DNA from: Intoshia linei
Taxonomy: Eukaryota > Animalia > Orthonectida
DNA length: 64,000 bases
Assembly (NCBI GenBank): GCA_001642005.1
Contig: LWCA01000059.1
Coordinates: 1,238 to 65,237, forward strand
Direction: 5' to 3'
Below are positions 1 to 13,406 of the stretch, in pieces. Every line of letters begins with the position of its first letter. Within the stretch, counting starts at the first letter, position 1. The notes beneath the pieces were generated by a model that was not told where the DNA came from, did not search any database, and saw only the letters and a program-made list of their open reading frames with translations. Made by a program: the position numbers and the translations under genes.

Positions 1-1525
1 TCTACTTGGTATATTTTTGAATTTCTTAAAAAAAATATTTGATGTGACACCCTAATATATATGTCTAGTGCATAATTTTCACTTTACAATACGAGTTTGG
101 CAGAATGCATGAACTCGAAGAGTAAGAGCATTCAACACATGAGTTTTGTAAAAGTGTGAAAATTATAAGCTATGACATGTAATTTTTTTACTATTTAGTC
201 TATTGAATCAAAATTTCAATTTTTGCATGTTGAAATATATAAATAATTTATTTTCAAAAACTTTATTATTTAACGATATTATATTATGGATTATTCTATG
301 TTACAGGCAATTTGAATTATTGAATTTAATTATTCCATTCCATTGGTATTGTTCCACATGCCAAAAGTTGTACTTTGTCGTAGTAAATAAACTTAAAAAT
401 TGAAATTTAACTTAAATGTTTTTTTCTAATAAAAAATTAATCAAAAACATATTTTGTTTATAAGCAATAAAGTACTACTTTTAGTACGACAAAAATATGG
501 TCAGTAGGGTGTTAACTTTTTGATCGAATTTTAGAAATTAAAAAAATACAGGGTCGTACGGTATGAGAAATGCAATGAAAATAACATCTGCGGTGTTTGT
601 TTTTAATATTATTACAAAAACATCGGCCTGCCTGCAATTTAAAAATACCCATAATATTTTGAACTGAAATTTATTATTATTATATTATTTTTTATGATTA
701 TTAATTTCAAGCGATTAACGGTGTCATTATCTAATTCACCGTCAATACATGTAACCGATTTAATTTTTGTAGGGATTTGAAAGTATTTATGGTACTGTCG
801 TTACTTCACACCGTAAAGAATCTGAGAAATAGTATAAATAAATTTTTTTAATAGAAGTGGAAAGGTTGCTTTTTATGAGTGAATTCTACGGTAGAACATT
901 TAACAGTGAAAAAATATACATATGATGCAACAAACTTTTTTAAATGTATCATTATAATTCAACTTACAACCATACAACTTGTATGGGTCCAACAGTTACG
1001 AATTTGGCTTCCTTAAAATTTCATCAACTTTATACTCGTGATGTATAATTTCTGTGAGATTTTATATACGAATTATAGTTTTGTCAAAAATGTTGCTTCT
1101 CAAAGATATCTACATGAGATTGAGGGTTCCTTTTATTTTACAGATAGAATATGGAAGACATGAAACATTACAATCTGATTAGAATCAAAATAATTATTAT
1201 TTTTTCATTGAGCTGAATTTTATTAAGTGATTTATGTCAATTATATTACGTTTATATTATTTTGACACAAAAAAAAAATTTAGCAATTACTGATGAAATT
1301 TTGAATATAAAATAGAAAGAAAAAAATATTTTTTTGTCATTAATTAGACCCATTTTAATTTTTTTCGCAGGCAGGTAAGATTGTTGTCAATAGAAATGAC
1401 GATTTGAATAAATAATATAAATATAATGGCAAGGTTACACACAATGTTATAAATCTTATTTCTGAAAACTATTTCCTTTCAGCAGCCTGATGTTTTTCAA
1501 AATTTAGGCTTAAAGAATGATATAA

Positions 1526-4500
1526 TTATACATCAATACTTTTGATAGCATTCCAAGCATAATCAACATCTTGTTCCTTGGTTGACTCGGCACAAATTAC
1601 GAAACGTAGTATAAAAATGTCTTTAACCATAGCACCGATAATGTGTATACGTCCATCTCTGTTAATTTTATCCAATATATCTTGATTGCAACTATTGGAA
1701 CCCTGAAAATAATATAACATAAATAAAATGTACCTTGTGTCGAAAACAAACTAATCCCATGTTGACAGGATGCGTGATATAAAAATGGTCATCCTTTATC
1801 ACATAACTTTCAAAACGATGTGCCAATTTGATTTGCTACTTTTATTATATACATATAAACTGTATTATAGACGTTCTCAACCTTTATCTTTTAACGGCCA
1901 CGTTAAAATTTAAATATATTTAAATTAAAACTTTAGTTTTAATTATTATGGTCGTAATTAATTATTAAACACTTTCTTAATAAGATTATTTTACCGTAAA
2001 CATTAACTGAATAATATTTTAAAGACTCTTGGATTTTGAGGATTGTTAGAATATGCAAAATTACGATTTTTCCATGCATGAAACGCTATGCACCAGTTTA
2101 AGTGTCCCACAATGAAAGTATAATATAGATTTGGATACTCAACCTGTCATTTGAAAAATTTTAAAATTTTTGCTTGGTGTTCTTAAATTAAACGTTTTTT
2201 ATGATTTTTATAGACATTTTTTCTTATGTCCATTATATTGTTATAAACATCTTAGATAAACCATATTATTATTTAAATTTTGTTGAAAATATAATAATCT
2301 TATTGTCTAATCTCTTTTAGAGGTTAAATTAAAATAAATTTGATATATAACTACATTAAAGAATCTCTGAATAAATATTCTAATTTATCGTAAATCTTAT
2401 GTTTGACCTTATATTAAAAAGTAATCTTAATTTTAGATTGTAATATATAGTACAGTAACAATTATTATATTTTACATTTAATACAATTTGGTATTTTTAA
2501 CACATATCAAAATTCTTATATAATTATACATTAGGGCAGGGGTGGCCAATTTTTTACATACAATGCACGATATTTTTATCATGCTATCTCAGATTAGCCA
2601 AATTTTTATGTGAAACTTCGGTTACTAATAGAATTTATACGTATAGAAATATAAAGTATTAAATTAAACACAAAATTAACTTTGATATTGATATAAAATA
2701 AAATATTGAGAAAATTTAAATCCATTTTGAGAAAGTGATCAAAGTCAAAAATGTAACTTTATTTTATAATTATTATGATAGAAATATTTTAAATTGAATG
2801 GAATCTGATTTAAACTTTTTCAATTTTAACTAAAATGATATATTTCATTGTATTGTATTAATACAATAAAGCAACCACAAATATTCTTACAATATAGTAT
2901 TTATTTCATAAAAAATGTGAACGTATGCATATTAGAACTAATCTGTATTCAAAAATTTTTTCTTTGTGTAAATTGATACTAATACATTTTCTGCTAATTG
3001 ACGATTTCATTAATAATCATATGATTAAAAGTAACATATTCATACAGATATTTTTTAAGACACTGGCATAAATTTTATCTTAATTTGACGTTTAAAAGTG
3101 ACCACTGTATTAAGGCCTATATTTTAATCTAAATTTAAAAAATAATATGATTTAGCAAGGATGTTTATAACAAATGACTTGTTATTGATAGAAAAAAATT
3201 AAATGATAATAAATTTTAAAAATACTTTGTGTATATTTAAAGATTTCAAACATCTACTGTAATGAGAAAACGTCTATGTTGATAAACCTTATTTAATATT
3301 ATATTATTTTATATTAATAAATACGTATCGAATATATTGTTGCAATCCATCAACTCCATAGGATCTGATTACAAACCACAATTTTAAGGATCTAAATCTT
3401 CTCCCTAATGGAATTTGCCAATGCTAGTAATATGTTTATTGTATTATATTTATAATAAATTATTGACTATAATATTTATATAAATCAGCTCTGAAGAACA
3501 CGTTACCAGCGGGAAATTGTTGTCCATGTGGAATTTTATTGCTGCCCGCCACTTAAATTTTTTAATTTAGAGGATTTTTCATCTTACAGTTTATTTAGCT
3601 TATTTAGCTTAGGAGTGACATCTATACTGAATATCGATAGAGGGGGAAGAATAAGAATGAAATTTGTAAACTGAGCCATTTAAATTAAATCATTAATGTA
3701 GTGAAAATTTAATCAAAATTTAAATTATAAACTCATTGGCTTGTAATTATATGTAGAATAACTAAATTTATTAATAAATACATGTATTATTAAAATGAAT
3801 TAAAACTTTATCACTTAACTTAAAATTTGTAAATTTTTTTAAAGAAATATAAAAATTTGACTTTCAAAATTTTATAATGGAAATATATATAGAAATTGAA
3901 ATAAACTGTTGATAAAAAACAAATCCAATATATACAATATAATTAAAATTATAATTTAATTCAGTGGCCACCAAACTACCACCCGCGTGCCAAACCTGGG
4001 CCGCAATTCAATTTTATTCGGTCCGCGAATTACAAAGTTATTGCAAAATATACCCGTCATATCTTACAAATTATCATATATCATCGACTTGTCATTTCTA
4101 GATCATGAGAAACATATAAATTAATTAACTTAAATTTTAATTAATAAATTACTCTAAAATCAATAGCGTTTTTATCATTAGCATATTGTAAATATGAAGG
4201 GTTGATTTTGAATGTCTCTGTAAAGTATTTGTGGTTCTTTAACCTGTAATTTTAAATAAATTAAATTAAATTTTAATTACACAGTCCAACACCAAAAACA
4301 TGCAAGGATGATGAATACATCATTTTGTTCGTCTCAACGAGCTGGTCAACGTTAATCACGTTCAAATTTGTTTTAAAATTGATGTTAAAGTTGCATAAAT
4401 GCTCAAAATAGAGGATTTTAAAGCCATATGAAACACAATTAAAAATGCCGATTATTTGTTTTATGAAGTAATAATATATTAATTAATGTCATACTATATT

Positions 4501-6771
4501 TTGTTTAATCAAAAATATTATTCTTTTTGAGAAACGTCAAATAATGTAATTCGACCAAATTATATGAGATCAAAATATTGAAATGCAAGTTAAACAGTAT
4601 AATGTATAACATAAAGTCAAGTAAAATCTTTATTACGCAACATAAGCTGGAATTAATTAGTATTAAAGACCACATTACACAAATTTTCTCTATAATTAGT
4701 AGCAGAATGGCAGAATTAGTGGCAGCTCGTCATTAAAGTCAGAATTGACAAATTATTTAAAAATTATAATTTTATAATACACAGTACAAAGAAAATTGTA
4801 ATAGTTTGAGCTTCACTGTTTGCAGCCTGAAATTTGTAAATTTCGTTATATAACCATCATATTACAATTCAATAAATTAAACACAAATTGTAATTTCTAT
4901 TCAAAATGTAATAATGTGGGCTGCACTGTTTGCAGTCCGTGATTTGTGAATTTAAGTATGTAACTTAAACATTGAAATTCACAAATTAAAAAGTGTAATA
5001 GCCATATTACAGTTCAATACATAAAACATACATGTTCTTGCAGTCATCAAATTATTTTGTGCACTAGCCGCCACTGAAATCAATGTAACATTTATTGAAA
5101 ATAGTAATTTTCTGTCAAAATAGGGAAGAGGCCGCAACCTTCTGCATCTCGTGGGCCACTTTTTTAAATTAAAAAATTATATGGGCCCCGTTTTTACAAC
5201 TTTAAACATGATCGATTTCAATTTTAACTGAAGAGAAACGTTTCTAGTATATTCAACAAAATAAAATCCGGGACAATCTGAAAATTTAGTATTAAAATGA
5301 TTATAATGAGCCAATTATACAATTATATTGTAGTAGAAAATGTTCAAAACGGTGATTAAAAGTTGAAAAATTTAAAAATAAATAATTAACATATTTACTC
5401 AAATAAGCATCAAAATTATTCTGTGGGCCACTGGTTGTCAACTCTTGCAGTGAAAAGGTAACATTGTTAATCTGTTAAAACATTATTTACTATATAAAAT
5501 TTATTTTACTAATTTTAGATTGTAATATTAAAATCTAAATTTATTTACCATAAAGCTGAAACATCATAGTTAACTAAGAGCCATTTATGAGGGTTGAAAT
5601 TAAATGAATCTGCAAGCTAATATGTAATGAAATTTAATTTACTATTATTATTGAAATTACTTCTATTCCTTTCATATAAAACCTATATTCAGGGCAAATA
5701 AATGCAGACCCAGCGTATGCTGAATCAATATGTAACCAGATATCATGAACTTTAGCTATAATATTAATAATCATCATTATTCATATATAAACTTATATTT
5801 CCAATTAATGCTAGATTGTCGAATGAGCACGTTGATGTTGTCCCTAGAGTAGCAACAACCTATGTAATTATTATTAAAATATATATATCAATATTTTTAA
5901 ATTACGTAGAATGGATATAAACCGTTAAGTTTATCAGCCAAAATGGTACTACTCAGCTCTGAAACATTCATACTGTTATCCTCGTTTGTAGGTATTTTAC
6001 GTAATATTACGGAAGCTAACATCCCTGCTCTTTCCACGGAACTGTGTGACTTGTAAAAAAATTAAATATAATTATAATACATAATTATGATCAATTAATA
6101 TTTAAAATACCTGATCTGATCCATACATGACTAATTTATGTAGTTGATCTGACGCTTTTGTTTTTTGTAATAATTTCGATCGAGCAGCCATCAAACAAAT
6201 TAATGTAGATTCACTGGCTGATGCCTAAAATTAATTATTTTTCGTAAAAAATGCATTCACTTGAATGACTCCACCACCTGTTTTAGAGTTTGATTTAAAA
6301 TGCTCAGGTAAATCAAGCATTTCACAGAGCCAGTCCATCATGACAATCTCCAATTCTGTACAAGATGGACTCGATATCTAAAGTTATCGAGATATAATAT
6401 GTTAATACAAAATTAAACCCACGAAAATCCAACACATCCTAGACAGCTTGACAGCATATCGGCACAAATTGACGGGTACGATTGTCCGGCTGGAAAATAT
6501 GCGAAAAATTTGGGACTATTCCAGTGCGTAGTCTACACTTTTATTAATAATACTATTTTAAAAACTATACCCCACCAACAATATGTTTTTTAAAATCTTC
6601 CATAATATCCTGAAATTTATGACCTTCGCTAGGAGGGTGTTCTGGTAGACATAATTCCATAAACCCTGGCTCAACCTTTGAAAGTACTGGTAATTCACGA
6701 ATGCTATCCATATAATCGGCAATGTAATCGACGATCTCTTTACCCACCTTTCTAAATTCTTTACTATCCAT
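1526..6771 (-). CDS. DDC: Aromatic L-amino-acid (DOPA) decarboxylase, multi-exon
   Basis: Spliced by eye: [20 protein letters not shown] (6571-6771), [13 protein letters not shown] (6419-6532), [41 protein letters not shown]-lysine motif [13 protein letters not shown] (~5550-5616), [16 protein letters not shown] (~3330-3424), last exon 1526-1702. All introns GT-AG. NPHK and PLG (not PLS) favour DDC over HDC/TDC. Confidence 0.93.
2537..3107. mobile_element. hAT-type MITE in DDC intron
   Basis: Ends CAGGGGTGGCCAA ... GTGACCACTG; degenerate 8-bp flanks CATTAGGG/TATTAAGG. Confidence 0.55.
4717..5076. mobile_element. hAT-type MITE with internal ~110-bp duplication, DDC intron
   Basis: TAGTGGCAGCTCGT ... 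CTAGCCGCCACTG inverted ends; CACTGTTTGCAG block repeated at ~4815 and ~4925. Confidence 0.55.
5126..5446. mobile_element. hAT-type MITE; related inverted copy at ~43310-43458 (ADK2 intron)
   Basis: Shared ~150 bp (AAACATGAT...TTTCAATTTTAACTGAAGA...TATATTCAACAAAATAAA...ATCTGAAAATT) on opposite strands; ends GTGGGCCACTGGTTGTCAACTCTTG. Confidence 0.65.
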
Positions 6772-7569
6772 GTATATTTAAATATTTTTGTCAATACTGG
6801 TATTTTAAATGTTATTTATTCGAGTTTATTTACAGAATATCAAATTCTAAGACCACTATATAAAAATGACTAATTACATTCCAACTGTTAATTAGAATAA
6901 TAAACAGCTTAAATAAATACATATATATAGTTTTTTCAATGTCGACACTTACTCATAGATTATTAAACATTAATAATTCCACTTTAGCTATTTTTTTGCA
7001 ATTATATCAAACCTGTGTTTGTTCACACTTTCTTATGGTGTACAGTTTTTTGATGAATTTAAATATGAGAAATTTATTTTTAGTTAGTTTTGCGAGGTTT
7101 TTGATAAAGGTCGCTATTTTATATATATTAAATAAGGTTGGCAATTTATTGAATAAATTTTTACCCGTAAATTACCTATACATTTTATTTATACATTTAT
7201 ATTTAATTATTTATCAAAACTAATTTAATATCAGATATTTTGTATCAGATAGATAATAAATTATATATTATTTAATTTATTAAACATTTATTTTTTGAAA
7301 TAGTATTTTAAGAATATCAATGCATTAACAAAATCTGCAGATATTCTAGATCGACTATTAGTAATTTATTGCCGGCAGCACAAAATTCCTTTTATGACTT
7401 TGACTCAATGGTAGGTTTAATACTTGTCAGTGCGGGTATAACCTTGTTACATTATCGGTTCTCATTCCTTATCTTTCGAAAGCTGATAATTCACCAATTA
7501 CTGTTTTTAATATTTTTTATTAGTTATCTGGATATAACTGTATTAATTGTTATTTTTGTAAAATAGTGT

Positions 7570-8070
7570 TTAAATTCTAGGACTATTTTCATTTTTAACA
7601 AAATAAAATGGTATTCTCTGGTTTTAATCGTGAAAATGCACTTTTTGGAGGTTGCAATGTATGATAATGTTTATGATTTTTAAACATATACCACAATTGA
7701 CGTTGTATAACATTCTAGGGCTTTTATCATTTTTACTAAAAGAGGGTAATTTGTGGTTTTGGCCGTGAAGATATAAGATTTTCGAATTTAAATTTATCAT
7801 AATGGTTATGATTTTAAATGTTTATCAGATTGTGTATTTGTTATAATTCTAGGACTCGTTAGAATTTAAAAAAAAAGATGATTTGGTTTTTTGACCTTCA
7901 ACGACTCAATTTCTGAAATTTGCATTAAATTTGCTATAAAACAACACACTCGACAAACTGCATTAGAAATGGGATTAGTAAAAATCTACGCCTCTTAAAT
8001 AAACTGGAACAAACAAATAAATAAACGGACATACCTTTTTAACTAAATTACTTTATATAAGTTAGGATTT
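7570..8070. repeat. Dispersed repeat with ~140-bp internal subrepeats; inverted copy at ~35800-36690
   Basis: ATTCTAGG-anchored subunits recur about three times; reverse-complement homology to 35880-36095 and 36565-36690. Class uncertain (possibly Helitron-like). Confidence 0.55.
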
Positions 8071-8400
8071 ACCTTTATAAATTTAAAAAATATTTTACCG
8101 GTAATTTACCTAAATATTTTTATTATTAATTTAAACATAAATTTTGTCGATTCCTAATATTTTCAGAGTACTTTACTACATTGTACAAATTATATATCAA
8201 GTTAAGTTCAATCATAGCGGTTATTAATTTATTTTATGTAGTTTACTTTTTAGTTATTATTCGATATGCATTAACTTTGATTATACAGTAATTCAATAGT
8301 ATTAATTTAACCTTGACATTATTTATTCAAATGTACATTCAAATGTAGTTATACATTATAGTACAAAAATATTTTCTAAATTTAATACATTGTATTAAAC

Positions 8401-8700
8401 CAGTGGTTCCCGAAAGGGGGTCATTGGACCCCGGGTCCAAAACTACATGCCTTGGGGTCGGTAAGATTCAAATAAACTATAAAAATATAAATATATATAT
8501 TAAAAAGTCTACCAACCTAAATTATAAGAAAAATCACCTTTTCTAATATTTTTTTGAAAAACACGATTTTACCAAATCTTATTAGAAATAACCTTTAATT
8601 TGGTCATAAAATTTATGTACATGTGTATTTCATGTTTCCTTTGGGGTCAAAAAAAATAATATTTTGAAATGTGGATCGGTAGTACGGACTCCGTACACTG
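8401..8700. mobile_element. hAT-type MITE
   Basis: Starts CAGTGGTTCCC, has GGGGTC subterminal motifs, ends CACTG. Confidence 0.5.
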
Positions 8701-8749
8701 TTTAAATCGGACAATACTGTATTAATCATTTAAAATGTAAAATGAATGC

Positions 8750-8900
8750 ATTATTTTTCCTGATGGCTGGATATCCTATACGAGAATTCCATTATATGGT
8801 TTCGACCATGGCGTGGTAAACCACTCACAAAATTTTGTGAACCCTGAAACTGGTCACCTCACACAAATAAGATTGAATCGTTATGGGCTTCATTAGTTTA
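8750..8900 (+). mobile_element. Merlin (IS1016/IS1595-like) transposase remnant
   Basis: Translates IIFPDGWISY...FDHGVVNHSQNFVNPETG / frameshift / HTNKIESLWASL, matching the Merlin xDxW.xY...VNHS..FV.P.TG.HTN.IE..W core. Confidence 0.8.
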
Positions 8901-9291
8901 GCACATTTTACACAAAATAAACTTTTTAAATTTCTGTGAAATTATGTATTTTTTTATCATTTCACATTACACATATCTATAGAAATGTGGGAACATTGTT
9001 GATTTAGAATCTAAATCAATAATCTAAATTTGAGATTAAGTATTGGCACGGTCGAAAGAAAAATAATAATAATTGTAATTCGAAATACAGTCCGACAGGA
9101 ACTATTTATAAATAAAGAGATAAACCGAGAATATAAATATGATTACATAATTCATTTATTCATTCAGGTCAATATTGTATTCACAGTAAATACCAATAAA
9201 GTTTATTTGAAATTATTTGATTTCTGTTTGTTGACTGATATAAAAAATATTAAAATAAAATATCTTAAAATTGTACAATTAATATTGAAAA

Positions 9292-11241
9292 ATGGAAAGT
9301 ATTGTCGAAGAATCTTTAGAAAAGCAAAAATATCTCGCTGTCGATGAAGATGTTTACAATCCAGCTGACTTTTTAGAAACCTCAATTGATCCGACAGATG
9401 AACTTTACCCTATTGCGGTACTGATTGATGAAATGAGAAATGATAATGTTCAATTGAGGCTGAACAGTATCACAAATGTAAAAACAATTGCCTTTGCTTT
9501 GGGACCTGAAAGAACTAGAAATGAATTGATACCATATTTGACTGACAAAATTCATGATGATGATGAAATATTATCTGTCATGGCCCTAAAACTGGGTGAT
9601 TTTATTTCTTTGGTTGGAGGAATCGAATATTGCCATTTAATTCTAAAACCACTTGAAATGCTGTGTTCAAATGAAGATACGCAGGTTCGTAAGCGAACTA
9701 TGGAGTCTTTAACTAAAATTATTGACAATATGGATATATCAGCGATAAATGAACACGTTGTTCCAATGATACACAGATTACACAAAGCTGAATGGTATTC
9801 AATGCGATGCGCTTGTTCCTGTTTACTAATAAATTCATATTTACATTCTGATGAAGACACCCAATCAGAATTTCGTAATTTGTACATTTCTTTATTGCAG
9901 GATCCAGTAGCAATGGTACGCAGAGCCACAGTAAGTAGGTTTACCAATTTTATCAAAGTCGTTGACTTTCGTCATGTATATGAAGAATTGGTTCCAATAT
10001 TTCAAACTCTTATATCTGATGGACAAGATTCTGTTAGATTTATGGTAGCAGAAGAATTTGCAGATGCTATTAAGATTTTAGTACCTTCAGAAGTGTTTGA
10101 TGAAACAAATGAGACTAGTGATATTCAAGAACGAAAAAAATGTATCATTGATGATAATTTAGTTGAAAAATTTTTCAATTTTTTGGAGGATTTGGTTAAT
10201 GATTGTAGTTGGAGAGTTAGATGCGTCATTGCTAAAAATATATTTAAATTTCAAGAGTCTTTCGGAAAATGTTTATCAAATGAAAAAATTGCCAAATGTT
10301 ACGGAAAATTACTCAAAGATGATGAACCTGAAGTTAAATCAGCAGCATCCTTGAGTTTTACTGATTTTATGAATGCTGTTAGGGAGGAAGAACGTGAAGG
10401 TATTTACACGTCAATTTTTTCAGAATGCATTGTGGCATTATCATCTGATGTCAATGAATATGTCAAAATTTCACTTTCTTCTGTAATAATGAAACTGTCT
10501 AAAACAATGGGTATCGATTTTACCATTTCCGACCTACTACCTATATATTTGCAGTTATTGAAGGATGAATGTTCAAACGTTCGTTTAAACATAATATCCA
10601 ACCTTAATTATGTCAATAATGTGATAGGAATGACACAATTAACGGAATGTTTATTACCCGCCATGTTTGATCTAGCTAATGATGAAAAATGGAGAGTTAG
10701 GTTGGCTATACTTACATTGACTCCAGTTTTGGCGTCTCAACTGGGTGAAGAATTTTTTAATAAAGAATTCCTTAGTATTTGTTTCAAATGGCTGGATGAT
10801 CCAGTTTACGAGATACGCAGAAGTGCAGCAATTACATTTGATGAAATCATTCAAAATTATGGCAAAGATTGGGCCAATGAAAAAGTTGTACCACAGCTTG
10901 TTCTTAAATTAGAGACATCATCCAATTATTTACGCAGATTGTCTATCATTAACTGCTTGGCCGTTATTTCTGAGCCATGTGGCACTGAAATTGTTGAAAA
11001 TAATATTATCCCTGCTTTAATCAAACTCACAGAAGACAAAATTTCTAATGTTAGATTCAATGTATGCAAAGCTTTTTTAAAAATCGATCAACTCATAAGT
11101 GGTGATTTTTACTATCAAAATATTGAACCTATTCTTAACGGCCTCATCAAAAATGACAAGGATTCTCTAGTTAAATTTTTTGCTCAACAAACAATTGACA
11201 ATATTCACAAAAAATCTATTCCACCAAAAAATTTTGATTAA
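9292..11241 (+). CDS. PPP2R1A: Protein phosphatase 2A 65-kDa scaffold subunit A (HEAT repeats), single exon
   Basis: 649-aa ORF: LYPIAVLIDEMRNDNVQLRLNSI, ALGPERTRNELIPYL, WRVRLAI, NVRFNVCK motifs. Confidence 0.96.
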   Translation: MESIVEESLEKQKYLAVDEDVYNPADFLETSIDPTDELYPIAVLIDEMRNDNVQLRLNSITNVKTIAFALGPERTRNELIPYLTDKIHDDDEILSVMALKLGDFISLVGGIEYCHLILKPLEMLCSNEDTQVRKRTMESLTKIIDNMDISAINEHVVPMIHRLHKAEWYSMRCACSCLLINSYLHSDEDTQSEFRNLYISLLQDPVAMVRRATVSRFTNFIKVVDFRHVYEELVPIFQTLISDGQDSVRFMVAEEFADAIKILVPSEVFDETNETSDIQERKKCIIDDNLVEKFFNFLEDLVNDCSWRVRCVIAKNIFKFQESFGKCLSNEKIAKCYGKLLKDDEPEVKSAASLSFTDFMNAVREEEREGIYTSIFSECIVALSSDVNEYVKISLSSVIMKLSKTMGIDFTISDLLPIYLQLLKDECSNVRLNIISNLNYVNNVIGMTQLTECLLPAMFDLANDEKWRVRLAILTLTPVLASQLGEEFFNKEFLSICFKWLDDPVYEIRRSAAITFDEIIQNYGKDWANEKVVPQLVLKLETSSNYLRRLSIINCLAVISEPCGTEIVENNIIPALIKLTEDKISNVRFNVCKAFLKIDQLISGDFYYQNIEPILNGLIKNDKDSLVKFFAQQTIDNIHKKSIPPKNFD

Positions 11242-11334
11242 ATTTATATATTAACCAGCAAATATCCTCAATTGTGTTTCTATAGTTTTTAGATATGTAT
11301 CTTAAATAAACTATTTGTAATATTATTTTGTATA

Positions 11335-13371
11335 ATGACAATCGAGCAAAAAATTAAAGATATAGAAGATGAGGTACCATATTCATATGTTGTTTTTCCT
11401 TTACTTATCGTTTCTGTTTATGCTTATATTTGAATATTCAATTTAAATCCGAAGATGTTTAAATCTATTTACAAAACGTGCTTTAAATTTGATTATCTTC
11501 AGAATCTAAAATTAATGATATGAAAGTCACATTTCCTTTACTGTTTGAATTTGAAACATAAAATAGTTATCCATCATGACATGATATTCGAAAATATAAT
11601 TTTTATAATTTGGACAAATGATGCTTTTATTTTACACAAATTTCGTTTAAGACACGAAAAAGTCTATCGGTACTATAGATTCGCATTTGCTCTTTTTCAT
11701 TAGCTACAAATATATACTGTATTACAAAAAGGTCAATTCTAAAGATTAAAAAAAATCAAAATTAGTAAGTGGATCTAACTAAATTAATATAAAACGTTTA
11801 AATGTTTTCAGTTTATGGACACCGGTTCTGGAGACGTGACGGGGACATTTGTTATTCCAATTGAACCCTTTACTGTATTCGTTATTTATAAACAATACAT
11901 TTAAAATATAAAATGTTTCCAATCCATCTCGCGGTCCCACGAAAATTTTGTAAAAAACGACAGTGAGAAACTAGTCAGCATTACTAGCTATCAAAATTAA
12001 AACTTATTTTCCTTTGTTAGTCGGCTCTTTTAATTATTTTGAAAAAACATTTTAAAATATTTTTTAAAGTGAAATTAATGTAATGTACAGATGAATCGAA
12101 CCCAAAAGAATAAAGCTACCATGAACCACCTTGGTATGCTTAAGGTAGGACTGAATAGGGTTCAGTGTTTATTTTATTTATTTAGGCTCGCATGGCGAAA
12201 CTAAAACAGCAATTAATCAACCCAAAAGGTGGCGGAGGAGGTGGTCCAGGTGAAGGTTTCGATGTAGCTTCAACTGGTGACGCTAGAATTGGATTTGTCG
12301 GTTATTTGGTATTATTATTATCTTATATCATGTTTAGGATTCCCCTCAGTCGGGAAATCGACCTTAATGACCAATTTAGCCGGTATAGAATCTGAAGTTG
12401 CTGCCTATGAATTTACCACACTAACGACAATCCCTGGAGTAATTAAATACAAAGGTGCCAGAATCCAGCTACTTGATTTACCGGGAATTATAGAAGGAGC
12501 AAAGGATGGAAAGGGTCGCGGGAGACAAGTTATTGCAGGTTCATTTTTTTTGTATCTATTAAATTTTTTAGTGGCTTATACGTGCAATCTACTTTTCATT
12601 GTATTGGATGTTTTGAAACCGATGATTCATAAAACCATTATTGAACGGGAACTAGAAGGTTTCGGAATAAGACTAAACAAAGGACCACCAAATATTCGTG
12701 TTAGAAAAAAGGAAAAGGGAGGCATTGGTATAAATATTCAGGTTCCACAAACTGAACTAGACCATGACACTATAAAAGCTGTTCTAAGCGAGTATAAAAT
12801 ACACAATGCGGATGTTACATTATTTATCGACGCTACTGTAGATGAACTCATTGATGTGATTGAAGGAAATCGTGTTTATATTCCCTGTGTATACCTTTTA
12901 AATAAAATAGACCAAATATCAATTGAAGTAAATAGTTCTATCGAATAATATTAATTTTTTTAAGGAACTTGAAATTTTACATAAAATGCCAAATTGTGTA
13001 CCCATTTCAGCTAAAGATTTTTGGAACTTTGATGATTTATTAGAAATGATGTGGACAAAACTCAGCTTAATAAGAATGTATGCTTTTTAAAATTTAAATG
13101 ATTATAATGTAGTTATACCAAACCAAAATTTGAGGAACCAGACTTCAAAAGTCCTGTAATATTAAAATGTGCACGATCAGTTGAACGTTTCTGTCAAAAG
13201 ATACATAAAGAAATACTGCAACAATTTAAACAGTAATTCTTTTTTAAACTTTGTTATATTAAAATATATAGCGCTCTTGTATGGGGTACATCCGTTAAAC
13301 ACCAACCACAAATCGTAGGCAAAGATCATTTATTGGACGACGAGGACGTTATTCAAATAATAAAAAAATAA
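11335..13371 (+). CDS. DRG1: Developmentally regulated GTP-binding protein 1, 8 exons
   Basis: [13 protein letters not shown]|[61 protein letters not shown] end [16 protein letters not shown]; first intron 11374-12090. Confidence 0.96.
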
Positions 13372-13406
13372 CGGTGTAATCAGTTAGGGATATAAACAAT
13401 TTATAT

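Noticed and set aside
60-1420. Exon-like GC-richer blocks on the + strand, possibly the 3' end of an upstream gene
   Set aside because: Could not build a frame-consistent spliced ORF or recognise any domain.
5990-6050. DDC as a possible aldehyde synthase
   Set aside because: Active-site His (SHSS) and loop Tyr (PSYL) are both retained, as in true decarboxylases.
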